Shown here piece after piece: positions 50,826-62,569 of a DNA stretch of 64,000 nucleotides. The position numbers and the translations under genes are program-made. The notes beneath the pieces were generated by a model. It was not told the DNA's origin. It did no database searches and saw only the letters and a list, made by a program, of their open reading frames with translations. Each line of letters begins with the position of its first letter. Within the stretch, counting starts at the first letter, position 1. Source of the DNA: Porphyridium purpureum (taxonomy: Eukaryota); NCBI GenBank assembly GCA_008690995.1, contig VRMN01000026.1, positions 1-64,000 of the forward strand. Direction: 5' to 3'.

Positions 50826-52553
50826 TTAATTCGCACTCACGTCAACAGCAGCGTGAGGCTCTGAGTCTGAATCAGAAGCGGGGCCAGGGGCATTAGCGGC
50901 TAGACTTCCGGCAGAAGATGAAGCTGACGACGTGGATGTCTCAACCGCTCCCGGCTGTCCCGATGCCAATTTGGCCTTTTCTTCCGGCGGAAAGATTTGC
51001 TGGGCCATGACACGGAGTGCTGAGACGCCGCGGATCTCACGATCAAAAAATTGAATGGGTGAAACTGCTAAGCTTTGGAACTCTCGCGTAACGTACGCCA
51101 TGTTAGCCTGCTGCTCCTTACGGCGAGTGGAGCAAAATTCGCAGTCTGTATTCTCTGGCTGCACTTGGTTCAGAAATACGTGTTCAACAGGAATCTGTTG
51201 AGCTCGAAGCTCTTCGATCAAACGCGCGCTCTCAGCGATAGCCATCATATTCGGAATTGTGGCCACTATGAACTCTGTTTGGGCCTCGTCGCGAAAGATT
51301 TCGCGCACACGACGCATAGAACGTTTCTGTTCCTCCAAATCTTGGCTATCCATGATGTCGTCAAGGCCTCCATCATCCCCGCCAAACACACTCTGAAACT
51401 GTTTCAACATGCCACCCATAGACGAGCGCATCCCCGAAAGCTTGCCCAGGAAGGAGTCCATGAAGTCAGGCAATGACAGCAGGCGCAAAGTGTGTCCCGT
51501 GGGGGCCGTATCAAAAACGATGCGGTCGTACTGTGCGTCCTGTGGATCATTTTCCACAAACTTGACAATTTCCATGACGGCCATGGCCTCATCAAAGCCT
51601 GGCGGAAGTGTATCCAAAAGATCCTCCATCCCTGGCATCCCCATTCCACCCATTCCACCCAGACCGCCCGAATCCTTCAGGAAACTCATATCCGTCTTCA
51701 CATCGTCCGGGTTGATTTCTTGGATAAAGAGGTTCGGCATGTCCGGCACGCCTACAACCTTCCCGTTTGAAAAATTCGCCGGCAGCCCAAAGATATCGCA
51801 TACAGAGTGAGCTGGATCTGTGGACACCAAGAGGACTTTCTCACCCTGGTCAGCAAAACGCACCGCGACAGCCGACGACATGCTTGTCTTCCCCACGCCG
51901 CCCTTGCCCCCCATGAGAATGAACTTCTTCTTGCTCTTCAGGATGTCGTTCGCGTTTTCACACGTTTTGTGCACTTTCGGTCTGGCCTTTCGCTGCGCGG
52001 GCGCTGACGGCGGTGCAGCGTCTGCCCTGTTTTCTCTTACGTCTGAACCCACAACGCCGTTCCCACCGGCTCGGTACGCAGTCGATCCGGTACGCTGTCG
52101 CGCAGTCAGCAGACTCCACAATTTCGTCAGCACCAGCGCAACCGCAAACCCGAACCCGACCTTGACGACAGTGGACTGCCCATTGATACGCCTCCACCAC
52201 GAGCGGTCCTCGCCGGTAGGAGACACTGACACGTATGTCTTTGTCGTGCTGCTACTACCTTGTGCGCTGTCGTCAGCATTGGTGGAAGATGGAGCGGGTG
52301 TTTGAGACGTCCCCGCCTGCATGCCTTCTGTCTGCACGGCGCCATCGGTCTCTGGCCCACCACTGGCCGGCTTTGACGGCACTGGTGCGGCATGAACCTG
52401 GTTACGCGGCACGCGGATCAGCACGCGGCGCCTTGCATTCGGCTCTGGCGCGGCGGCCATGCGAAGCTCGCACGCACGCAGGACACCAACCGAGCCGCGC
52501 GGCCCGCCGCGCAGGGCGGCCGACGAAACCGCAATGAAGCTTGCGCTTGTCAT
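50826..52553 (-). CDS. ArsA/GET3-family ATPase with a transit-like N-terminus and a hydrophobic segment
   Basis: GGKGGVGKTS, STDPAHS, PGFDEAMA, FDTAPTGHTLRLL, CEFC zinc-dimer motif. Confidence 0.92.
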   Translation of the reverse strand: MTSASFIAVSSAALRGGPRGSVGVLRACELRMAAAPEPNARRRVLIRVPRNQVHAAPVPSKPASGGPETDGAVQTEGMQAGTSQTPAPSSTNADDSAQGSSSTTKTYVSVSPTGEDRSWWRRINGQSTVVKVGFGFAVALVLTKLWSLLTARQRTGSTAYRAGGNGVVGSDVRENRADAAPPSAPAQRKARPKVHKTCENANDILKSKKKFILMGGKGGVGKTSMSSAVAVRFADQGEKVLLVSTDPAHSVCDIFGLPANFSNGKVVGVPDMPNLFIQEINPDDVKTDMSFLKDSGGLGGMGGMGMPGMEDLLDTLPPGFDEAMAVMEIVKFVENDPQDAQYDRIVFDTAPTGHTLRLLSLPDFMDSFLGKLSGMRSSMGGMLKQFQSVFGGDDGGLDDIMDSQDLEEQKRSMRRVREIFRDEAQTEFIVATIPNMMAIAESARLIEELRAQQIPVEHVFLNQVQPENTDCEFCSTRRKEQQANMAYVTREFQSLAVSPIQFFDREIRGVSALRVMAQQIFPPEEKAKLASGQPGAVETSTSSASSSAGSLAANAPGPASDSDSEPHAAVDVSAN

Positions 52554-52700
52554 TCCGGCGCTGCTGAGATAGGACGCACGTGCGCGAAGCGAATGTGGCT
52601 CCACCGCAGCGTCCGCGGGATCAAAGTTGAGCGCACGCAGCCGCGGGCGACACACATGAGGAGAGGTACAGTGAGTGTTCAGTGTTAAGAAGGGGGAGCT

Positions 52701-55700
52701 TTAGTGGTCTGGCGTCGGAGTGTGCATGGTCTTCACGTGCTTGCGCAGGTTCGATCGCGTGCTGAAGGGCATCTGGCACACGTCACACTGATGGTTGCGC
52801 GCGCGCAAGTGCACAATCTTCTCATGCGTCTGCGCGTGCTGCTTCAGTGAAAATACCTGGTCGCAGCCCTCGTAATGGCATCGGAAGCGCTTCACGGCGT
52901 GGTGCACTACGTCGATGTGCCGACGCAGGTTGGAGCGGCGGTTCGACGTCACCTCGCAGTACTTGCACGAAAACACGGACGAACCGTCCGGCAATCGTTT
53001 GGTCACCACCTCTTCCTTTGGAGCGGTCTGCGCCGATCCTGACAGGTCTCCCACGTCCAAATGCGGTTGCGCAAAAGATCCTACTTTAGATTGTTGCAGC
53101 AGTGGCAGATGCAATGACGTTTGCGGCTGTGGCGACGAACGCCGATGCAGCAACTCTGTTTGCGGGTGCGGTCCCTGATGATGTTCATGCTGCCGGTGCC
53201 ACTGATACTGCTGTTGCCAGTAGTCATTCTGGTGAAGTTGTTGCTGCTGCTGCTCTCGCTGGTGCGCAGAAAACTCAGCGGACGAAGTTCCAGTCCCCGC
53301 ATCCTGATTGAAACGCTGCCCTAGCTGAGGAGCACCCACTTTCAGAGTCAAACCTGCGTGCGAAACCAATGGGACATGATGACGATAACCAGACTGCGCC
53401 TGCGGTTGCATCTGTCGCTGCGTCTGTGGTTGCGTCTGTGGTTGCGCCTGTGGCTGCATCTCTGAATGGATTGGGGAATGAGAGCGCGATCGTAAGGCTT
53501 CCCAGGCACCTTCACCTGAGGACGCGGCCATTTGATCCGAGCCCACCATCAAACCCGGCTGACCACCCGACTGGTAAAGAGGCCGGACACCGCGCTCTGA
53601 TGTGCCGCTCGCGTGCAGACCATGGCTTACATTAGCATTCCAAGAAGATGGCGCGCCATACTCGGAGGGCTGCTGCTGGTGCGGGGGTACTTGGGAGGAA
53701 TGGCCGGAATGAGGTTGACTCAGAGGATGCACCCAATGCACGGGATGAGGCTGGAGCACCGGATCTACCATCGAAGGATTAAAGCTTTGGTGCGAATCAA
53801 GCAGCGCTTGATTGGGCCAAGTGCACTGGCGGCCAGATTCATGGGATAGACTGCTCCCGTGCCTCGGCGCATCAGAGCTTCCCAATCTTGCCAGACTCTC
53901 GAAAGGTGCCCCGATGTATCGTGCAGCTGGGTCCACAAATTCACCCGGCGACTGCATAGATTCACCTCGCACCGGAGGACGGGAGCTCCCCCACGTATCA
54001 ACAAAACCCTGCTTATAAACGCCCGCGTTCTCGCCAGCCCACGAAGCGGGCATCGGCTGATCGCCAGGACCCATCCACTGAGTTTGACCAAAATAGCCGG
54101 GCGTTGCGTCTCTACATCCCTGCAGCCGTAGCGTATCTGACGTGCGTTCGGGAAATGACGAAAACGCAGGCGTGGGCCCTTGTGCGTACGGAGCACCTGA
54201 TCGAGCGTGAATCGGGCTGACTCCTAAACCGCGCAGCAGGCTGCTCTGGGACCGAGCACGACCTCGTTCGCCATTCTGCGTCGAGGATGAAAACGAGAGG
54301 CGGTCGCTCGCTCCCAGACCCTGGAACAGCTCGGGTGACTGCCAGCGGGCTGGGCCTTCCATGGGCGGTTGACTTGTCTCACGGTGTTCGTCTCTCACTG
54401 GAACAACAGGAATTGGTTCCAGACCCATGTCATCACCCTCCCCTCTGCCCGGATGAGGCAACAAAGAAGGCAGTCCAGCACCCCGGAAGAATCCTGTTGC
54501 AACAGGATAGACTTGACTTGCTGAAACAATCTGCTCGCCGCTATCAGACACTTTCATCCTCTTTGATGACCTCGCTACTATCTGGTCTTCCTCAGTTGCT
54601 GGAAAATTCCGGGTGGGAAAATCAGACACCGAACTTTGACCATTTTCGTGCACAGTGACATCAGAACTTTTCCGAAAAAGCTGCACATCACAGTCATCTA
54701 CGGCTGACAGAGAGCTGAAATGACTCAGATGTTCCATGGCGCATGTTCTTTCTGCCTGTTCTGTCGATTCAGTCGCCGGCAAAATAGTCGGCTCGCCCTG
54801 TGAAGGTGACTTTACAAGGGCACGCTCGACACATACATCCATGTCTGCGTCACCGGCAAAAATCCTTGCCACCGTGCTTTTTCGTTTCTTGGCCTGTTGC
54901 AATCCATCCAATGGCTGCCCTACATCCGTAGACCGTCCGGATTCTAGACAGTTGTTGCCATTCGTCGAATTCGGCGTACCCAGAACCCGAGTGTACTTGG
55001 TTTCGAATGCCGTGATGAAATACATGAAGCGACACTTTGAGCTGAAGGCTCGATCCTCCATTGTGCCTAGCTTGGCAGACAGCTTCGGCTCACACGGTAC
55101 GGCCCAAGCAAGGCGCTGCGCAAAGGCGGCCTCGTACCAGTCGCTACCAATGACCGAATAGGAATTCTCCCTGAGAACGCAGCCCGTCTCGGAAATGAGC
55201 GACGACAGCGCCACTCTGCGGCCGCTTAGCGCCCTCGTGTACCTTTCGCGAAATTGAAGCCAATCAAACGTGGTGCCGACGGCGCCGAACTCGAGAGGTT
55301 CCCGATTCGACGCGGATCTATTTAAGGGGAGTGTGGAGGACGAGCCAGTGTCCACAGTTGCATTTGCGTCATTGCCTACGCTGCCCATGTTGATAGACAC
55401 CAAACCTTTGAATGCGCGTTGGCGCAACGCTGGGGGGCACGAGCACACCTCGGCTTCCACATAGTGGCAAAACGGGCATACGCGCGGCATAAAGTCTCGC
55501 GCACGCGCTACCACCTGCCACGATTTGACTGCCTCTACGCCGGCGTGGCGCCCCTCACGCCCTTCAGTGCAGGCGATCAGGGATGACCCGGAGCCACCGT
55601 CGCGAGCCTGCAGCATCAAACTTTCAGTGTGGACGGCGTCGTCGAAGCCTGCAAGCAAGGAGAAAATTCGGCGCTTGCCGTACGAGCTTTGACACGCGAG

Positions 55701-56126
55701 GAAAACGCCGTTGCTGGCGTTCATCTTGACCGCTCCACGAATACAATACGGCGCGGCATTTTTCTTGACGGACCGCACTTGTCGCGGCGGTTTCTCGCCG
55801 AACAGAAGACACAACATGATGCCGTCGTCCGGCAAGGCCAAAATCGGGATGATGATTCCATCGTTGATATCATTTGTGACGGAGAGCTCACGCGCGGATG
55901 GCGCCACGATCTCGGAGACAAGCAACGCGTTGTGCAACGCAGTGGCGGAAACAACCTGCTCGTCGCGACTGCTTAGCCAGTCGGCGACGGCGGGCGTGCG
56001 CAGCCACCCAAAGTTTTCCAACAAGACGCTCATTTTGTTCTCGCCGTTGTGCACGCTTCCTATCTCGCTCATCCCGGCAGGCCGATACGGCACGCGGCTC
56101 CTCGGGACGGGCTCGCAATCGGTCAT
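52701..56126 (-). CDS. C2H2 zinc-finger transcription factor with three C-terminal fingers
   Basis: CKYC...HIDVVH, CHYEGC...HEKIVH, CDVC...HVKTMH; Gln-rich region; N-terminal CPFC...CSC motif; start codon uncertain. Confidence 0.88.
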   Translation of the reverse strand: MTDCEPVPRSRVPYRPAGMSEIGSVHNGENKMSVLLENFGWLRTPAVADWLSSRDEQVVSATALHNALLVSEIVAPSARELSVTNDINDGIIIPILALPDDGIMLCLLFGEKPPRQVRSVKKNAAPYCIRGAVKMNASNGVFLACQSSYGKRRIFSLLAGFDDAVHTESLMLQARDGGSGSSLIACTEGREGRHAGVEAVKSWQVVARARDFMPRVCPFCHYVEAEVCSCPPALRQRAFKGLVSINMGSVGNDANATVDTGSSSTLPLNRSASNREPLEFGAVGTTFDWLQFRERYTRALSGRRVALSSLISETGCVLRENSYSVIGSDWYEAAFAQRLAWAVPCEPKLSAKLGTMEDRAFSSKCRFMYFITAFETKYTRVLGTPNSTNGNNCLESGRSTDVGQPLDGLQQAKKRKSTVARIFAGDADMDVCVERALVKSPSQGEPTILPATESTEQAERTCAMEHLSHFSSLSAVDDCDVQLFRKSSDVTVHENGQSSVSDFPTRNFPATEEDQIVARSSKRMKVSDSGEQIVSASQVYPVATGFFRGAGLPSLLPHPGRGEGDDMGLEPIPVVPVRDEHRETSQPPMEGPARWQSPELFQGLGASDRLSFSSSTQNGERGRARSQSSLLRGLGVSPIHARSGAPYAQGPTPAFSSFPERTSDTLRLQGCRDATPGYFGQTQWMGPGDQPMPASWAGENAGVYKQGFVDTWGSSRPPVRGESMQSPGEFVDPAARYIGAPFESLARLGSSDAPRHGSSLSHESGRQCTWPNQALLDSHQSFNPSMVDPVLQPHPVHWVHPLSQPHSGHSSQVPPHQQQPSEYGAPSSWNANVSHGLHASGTSERGVRPLYQSGGQPGLMVGSDQMAASSGEGAWEALRSRSHSPIHSEMQPQAQPQTQPQTQRQMQPQAQSGYRHHVPLVSHAGLTLKVGAPQLGQRFNQDAGTGTSSAEFSAHQREQQQQQLHQNDYWQQQYQWHRQHEHHQGPHPQTELLHRRSSPQPQTSLHLPLLQQSKVGSFAQPHLDVGDLSGSAQTAPKEEVVTKRLPDGSSVFSCKYCEVTSNRRSNLRRHIDVVHHAVKRFRCHYEGCDQVFSLKQHAQTHEKIVHLRARNHQCDVCQMPFSTRSNLRKHVKTMHTPTPDH

Positions 56127-58288
56127 CGCATTGCCAGCTCGCTTGCCGTTCAACTCTGCGGCACCCACCGCACTTTCACCTACACGTCGCCCCTTATCAG
56201 TGTGCGGGCGAGACCTTGCGCCTGCTTATCCGCCGCACAGCCTCGCTCCGCCCTATTCTGCGCCCGTGATTTCTCACACCTGTGGCGCGCGCGTGAGAAC
56301 ATCTTTCCGGGTGAGCTGAGCGTGCGTGTGTGTTAAGCTCTGCGGACGGTCCCTCCAACGCGCATGTGGGGTGTGAGCGTTTGTTGCCAGACTTCGAACT
56401 TTGCATCACAAAACCACGAAATCAACCCCCCCTTGAAAAAAAACACGGAAAATTACTTTTTCGCAGTACTTTTGGAATTTCCTTCTTCCCCCCTTCGTCT
56501 AGGACGTCCGCACGCCAAAGGTGAGTCGTGTGTGTGTGAGAGAGAGAGAGAGGGAGGTCATGACGATGCTGGTGCTGGTGATAAGATGATGAGCATAAGC
56601 GGTTCTGCGCGACGTCGCGGTTGCAAGTGTCGCCGCTCACCACAGCCCTCATTCCAATCCACCTATCCGCCGACAGCTGCTGAAACCAATGAGTAAAATG
56701 AGCGGAATGAGCGAATGACCACATGACCTACTGCGTGTGTGCCTGATAGGGCGTCGAAACTAGAGACAGGATGGTGAGGACGCGCGTTCCATTTTGTGGT
56801 GCTACACACGTTCGTGCTCACTCGCTCACCCTCCTCCCCTCACTCCCTCCTCCGCATCGTCGCTCTTTTGCGGTAGCCTTGGGTGAGCAGAGCGGCACAT
56901 AAACATTAAGGATCATGTGTGCGCATGGTGTCCCCCCCCCCTCCGTCGTTCCTCCCACGTTCGGGTGGGTGCGTGCACGTCAAATTGCCGATGAAATCAA
57001 AACGTCTTGTATTCTACGCCGACTCACACGGCCTGACGGAAGCTTGGTTGTTTGGTTTCAGCTCATGACGTGGAAACACACGCAAATGCGCCGGTCGCAG
57101 CGCGCACGCAAAGCACTCGTACAAGCGTGCCGCTTTTGGGGGTGTGAGCACTGAACACTATAGACGTGCACTGTACTCTTCGCACGAGCTGGCGCGCGGC
57201 CACGTGTGAGCGCTCGCAGGCCGCGCAGAGAGGCGCGTTGCGCTCGGACTACACGGTGTGAGCGGTGGATTGAAGCGCGAGTCGTGCACCGGCGTTCTGC
57301 TCACGCAAACAGATGGCCGCGTCAGACCGGACTCTGGCTTTGTATCTCGAAGCAAGCCTGCATCGCCGCGGCATTCGATGACGGTGTGCGCCGATTTGCG
57401 CGCAGCTCTCTGCACAAGCCTGCTCTGCAGCGAGCGCACAGCACACGAGGGGCACTTGGCTTCGATTCGGCTGGTGATGTCGCACGTTCTGAGCGTTCTA
57501 TGCAGTGGCGCGCACGCTACCACAACGCTGCACCCGCCGTGACCGCGCGTCCTGGTCGCACCCACGCGCCAAAGGCTTCAGCATGCCTGCGTTGAAGACA
57601 ATTCCTTCTTGGAAGATGATTTGTTCCACCAGACGTGCATCCAGGTCAAGAGCACCTTCGCTTGCGCAAGTTCTGAAATAACGGAACATGCGGGGGAGTG
57701 TGCGGACCGTGGGAAGGAATAGAGCTGCTCGAGGCCGCCACTGGCATGATACGATAAATCTTCATGTGGGGACCGCCAGCGACGCGGGCAGGTGGCTGTG
57801 CACTTCTTGGCCCTCTCGCTCTGCGGGTCGAGATCACTCTCAAGTGCCTGCGATTGCGGGTCGATGGATTGGTGATCGACGTGGACACGCGCACCTAGAT
57901 AAAAAGAGCGCGCGACATGCAGAGCGCGTTCTTTTTATCTCTGTGAAAGCGGCGCGGTTCTACTTTGCAGAGGACAGATGCTCCGCCGGATGGAGGAATA
58001 TAAAAGCTCGCCGGCTACCCCGGCAACGACGGCGCGAGGCACGGCTTGCGACCGCCGTCGTGACAGAACATCTAGGCCCCCGTCATCGAGAAAGGAGTGG
58101 AGCAAGCCAGGGGTAAAGCAAGCAAACCAGCGAATCATTGAAGACGACGCTGTGAGTGACAAGCAAAGTCCTACCTGTGAAACTGACAGGGTGCACCAGC
58201 AAGCTGGCGCTGGGTTTGGCGGTGTGGCAAGGGACTTGAAATTGTGGTGACAGTTGACTGCTGGCCGACCAGTCATACACCCGTGAGA

Positions 58289-59740
58289 ATGGTGCGAGCA
58301 GGCTTCATCGCCGTGCTTGCAGTAGCTTGGCTCGTTGTGTCGTGGAGTGTTGCTGCCTCACACGACGAGTACGCTGCACCGCGCAGTCAGTACGACCCTC
58401 GAGACGAGCACGGTTATTCCGACTACGGCCGTCCTGGATACGACTTCTACGCTGGACCAGAGGATGATCCGTATCTCTCTGGCTGCTGTACGCAAGAAGA
58501 AGAGAAGTGCGGGTACAAGCTTGTGGAAAAGGACGTTTACTGCTATACCGCGCCGTTCAGATACCACCAGAGTGAGGGCGCGTATCATGACGAGTATCTG
58601 TCACATGCACATCATGCAGGAGACGGAGCCGTCGGCCGAGAGATTGATCTTTCATATGTTGACAGCCTGCACAAGTCTCGCAAGGAAAATCGCGAGGAAT
58701 ATGCGCTCGTTCAAATCCTGTACAAGTGCGCGAAGCTTGGCTACAAGTTCGTGCCAGAAATCAAGTATGACGAATACTGCGAGCGCACTGACTCGGTGTG
58801 GGGCCACGACGGCGAGTGGCACGACGTAAGCTACTTTGAGCCATGCGCAAAGGTGGTACCCAAGAGCGTCGCGTATGAATTTTTCGGCACGTGTTCGCGC
58901 GAGGAGTACCGCAAGATTGACGTTGCATTTGTCAAGGCTAGCGACCCAGATTATGGCGTCTTTTGCAAACCGCACTTTGTGTGGAAGTGGCTGTGCGAGT
59001 CGACCCCTGAACAAAAGTACTATGTTGCCGCCGATGATGCCGCTGGCCTCAAAGTTGATGGCGGTGTGCCCGTGAATAATACCCAGCAAGCGAACGACGA
59101 GCTCATCTTTGATGGAGGCATTCCTCCTGGCCAGGACGGGTCTGGAAGTCCCGGCAGCGGTGGTTCGGATGGAGGTGCTGGTCCAGGCTCTGGTGATGGT
59201 GACGGATCTGGATCTGGATCTGGTGGCGGATCTGGTGACGAATCTGGCGGCTCAGATGGTGGGAATACAGACCCATTTGGCCCGGGGGGTGAAGATGGCG
59301 GCCTTGCAGGCCCAGATGATGGCAATGGCGAGTCGTCTGCGCCGGGCTCCCCAGAAGGAGCAACATCAAACGCAAGCGCGTCAGGGTTATCAGGTGGCGC
59401 AATTGCAGGAATCATTGTCGGAGCTCTGGTAGGCGCCGCGCTTCTTTTGGCTATTGTGTTGTTTGCGTACAAGAAGCGACATCCGGGCACTGACGATGGC
59501 ACTGGACAAGACCCGGAAGCAGCAGCCACATCAGCCGATGGAACTCAGGAGCAGGCCTTTGTTGAGCGCGATGAAGCTGTCGCCATGGATGCGGGAGAGG
59601 CACAAGCACCCGCGGCGCCGCCTGGTTCTCCCGCCCTTCCGGAGCGCGACCCGCAGCCGCAGCCGCAGCCGCCAAGCGATCAGGATTTTGGAGTCGCTCA
59701 TGGAGACGTTCGCACTGAGAATGATGCGATTGCTGCGTGA
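58289..59740 (+). CDS. Type I single-pass membrane protein: signal peptide, Cys/Tyr-rich ectodomain, Gly/Ser/Asp stalk, TM helix, acidic tail
   Basis: MVRAGFIAVLAVAWLVVSWSVAA; GLSGGAIAGIIVGALVGAALLLAIVLFAYKKR. Confidence 0.85.
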   Translation: MVRAGFIAVLAVAWLVVSWSVAASHDEYAAPRSQYDPRDEHGYSDYGRPGYDFYAGPEDDPYLSGCCTQEEEKCGYKLVEKDVYCYTAPFRYHQSEGAYHDEYLSHAHHAGDGAVGREIDLSYVDSLHKSRKENREEYALVQILYKCAKLGYKFVPEIKYDEYCERTDSVWGHDGEWHDVSYFEPCAKVVPKSVAYEFFGTCSREEYRKIDVAFVKASDPDYGVFCKPHFVWKWLCESTPEQKYYVAADDAAGLKVDGGVPVNNTQQANDELIFDGGIPPGQDGSGSPGSGGSDGGAGPGSGDGDGSGSGSGGGSGDESGGSDGGNTDPFGPGGEDGGLAGPDDGNGESSAPGSPEGATSNASASGLSGGAIAGIIVGALVGAALLLAIVLFAYKKRHPGTDDGTGQDPEAAATSADGTQEQAFVERDEAVAMDAGEAQAPAAPPGSPALPERDPQPQPQPPSDQDFGVAHGDVRTENDAIAA

Positions 59741-60103
59741 TGCCTCCATCGCGGTCGATTGAACAGTGACTAAGACCGAGGCCGTGCATCGCGGGCCTGT
59801 TTCGAGTTTCGAGAAGCCAGAACAAGTAGCGACCTGGCTGTGCAGCGGCGCGAAATGCGCACGCGAGCAAGTGAACCAATATTTGTAAGTGTCGGTGTGT
59901 CATTTGTGCACGCGCATTTGTTTGTAGCATAAAGACGCGTGTCTAAGACTCCCTCACTCTTTCGGAGCGCTGGTTTCGGATTCCGCGAACTCGAGCCTCA
60001 CGGATCTCGACTTCGCGTACTTCATTCAACGCGAAACAATTAAGAGTCGCCGAGTTCGCGGCAGGCCGTGAAGCTGAAACATCACGCGGGAGACTGGTGT
60101 GCG

Positions 60104-60448
60104 ATGGGAGAGGACGGGGAAAAGAAGGGGGAGCGGCAGGCGGCGACAGCCGACCTGGACCGCGTGACGGATTATGTAGAGGACCGTGAACTAGACGCGG
60201 ACAGGTTCGCATCGGTGCAGAAATCGATGGACGCCATGTTCGGCAGCAGCGCCGCGGCCGCGGCGTCGCGCAAGAGTAAAGGTAGCAAGGCCCAGGAAGG
60301 GAAGGAGCTGCATGCGTTGAAGGTCGCGCCCGAGCACATAAAGCTAGTCATGGAACACCTCGAGCTCGATGAGCCGGCGGCCGAGCTGGCGCTTAAGCGC
60401 CATGGCGGCGACGTGCGCGCGACGCTGCACAGCTTACTTTCGATGTAG
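60104..60448 (+). CDS. HYPK: Huntingtin-interacting protein K-like (NatA-associated, UBA-like C-terminus)
   Basis: DLDRVTDYVEDRE motif and KV..EHIKLVMEHLELD...AELALKRHGGDV. Confidence 0.85.
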   Translation: MGEDGEKKGERQAATADLDRVTDYVEDRELDADRFASVQKSMDAMFGSSAAAAASRKSKGSKAQEGKELHALKVAPEHIKLVMEHLELDEPAAELALKRHGGDVRATLHSLLSM

Positions 60449-60512
60449 GAGCGTGTAGACGACATAAAATCACGGCAAAAGCGCGAGTGCGTCTCCATTC
60501 TGTGTATTGATA

Positions 60513-62538
60513 CTAATATCTCTTGCTGCCGGAGCGCGAGCGTGAAGAAGCGTCACCCGATGCCGCGCCAGTGCCACTGTAGCTGCTTGATTGCTTCGAA
60601 AATGCACGAGTGATGAATGAAGACTTACTCTTCTGCATTTTGGCAAACTGCGCCTGGCTCATTCGCTCGATCAGAATTCGCGCTTGCTGTGCCAGTTCGG
60701 GATCGTCTTGGAAACGCCGCAAAATACCGTCAAGATGGTCTTCGAGCCGCTGCCCCAGCAAATCTTTCGCGTACGAGTCGGTCAAATTCACAAGCGCCGC
60801 GCAGCCGTGCATCTGAATGCCATGAATCTCTGGGAAACTGATAAGCGTTGAAATGAGCGTATCGGCCATGACCGAGCGAACTGCCGACTTTTTGGATTCA
60901 CGCACCTGAAACGCGAGGTTTCGGAACACGCGGCAGCCCGTCTCCTGGACGCTTGAGTTCAGATGGTGTAGTTTCATCACTCCCGCCACAGTTTCTACGC
61001 ATCCGCATTCGACCGCAAGTTTTTCATTTCTGGGGCTCAAATACAAACAGTTGCTGAGTGCAAGCAGCGCGTTCAGCGTTGGCAGCGGCTCAATTTGCAG
61101 TCGCACGATACACATCTTGATGACTTCAACGGCACGACAGCGCGCCATGCGGTCGCGGTTGTCCTTGGTAAACGCCAGGTAGCGCAACGTGATGCATCCT
61201 TCCGCGAGCAGCGTGATCTGCGAATCAAATTGGCGCATCGCTGCCGCAATGACTTCGATACCGCCCATCTCACCAATATGTTGCTGCATCGGCGCGCTAT
61301 CGCACGACAGTACACAAAGCGTGCGAATCGCTTGCTCCATGAACTGCATGAGTAGCCGCAATTCAACCGCCTGGTCGGCAAAACCGCCCTTGACCGCGAC
61401 CATCTCCATATTATGGATGATCGGTGCCACCCCTCCTGCCTGCACCACATCTGACTTGCAATCTGTGTTTTCTAGCGCGTGGTGCTCGATCACTGCCATG
61501 CAATTGTTTTGAAAACCGACAATCGACCGAACGGAGGACGCTGACGCCGTGCTTGATTGCTCCAAACGCCACCGCTTCATTACATCCACCAGTAGGCCCA
61601 TAACACCTTTTTCGAAGAACTGTGACTCGATTTCGCGGGTCAGGGGATGATACGACGGATGGGGTCCGGCCTCGTCAGTGGCCCCATCTAGGGCGGACTC
61701 CGCAAATCCTTCGCTGTTATTTTCATCTCCCTTTGTGCCTTTCGTGATACCTCGTTCTTCGCTTGCGCGCAAAGAGCACATCACGAGCGACCCAATGAAA
61801 AAAACCACAGCCTCTGCCATGGAGTACGAATCTGCGAAAGAGTGTGCTGCTGATACGGCCAATGCAATGGCCCCGTCTCGCACGATTTCTAGAATTCGTT
61901 CATTCTCGGCCCGTACCGAGTCAAACACGGTCCCGAGAAGCTTCAAGCCAGCGACTTGCGTTGTTTCGTCCAGCCGATGCGTTGACATGGCGAGAACTAC
62001 GAGAGCCGGGCCGTCGCCACGAATAAATTGCGTTGCGCTGGCCACGCTATGCTCACAAATGGAGCGCAGGTTTGAAATGCAGCGCTGTTGAACGTGCAAG
62101 GTCTTTGCGCCTACATCACTCTGCATGGCATCTACGGCAACTCCGACCAGTCCGTCCGAGGGCGTCGCGGACGGGCTCAATGTCGCGGGTGAGCTGCGAG
62201 ACGTTGTTCGCTGCGCGGCCGGAGGACTGGTGCCAAACGCCTCATTTGCGTCTGCATCTGATCTTATGCGCTGAGCACTAGACTGCGTACGCCAAAGCGG
62301 GATTTGCGCCGGCCTCTGCTGCGGTTGGAGCGCGTCGCCCTTGTTCAGGAGACCACTGGAATAAGCTTCGGATGCCGCGGACTGGACGGAGCGTACGGAA
62401 TCTGCATGCTGTGCTGCAAATCTGACGCCCTGTGGAGACTTGTCCGCATTTTTGAGGGTCACATCGTTCAAATTGAGCAAGCTGTCCACAGAGTCGGTGA
62501 CGCCAGGGTTGCGCGGGTTGGAAGATGCAGCTGCAGCT

Positions 62539-62569
<31 letters not shown>

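Noticed and set aside
57610..57680. Possible C/D-box snoRNA (ATGATT...CTGA)
   Set aside because: Box C is imperfect, and no clear terminal stem or recognisable rRNA guide could be identified
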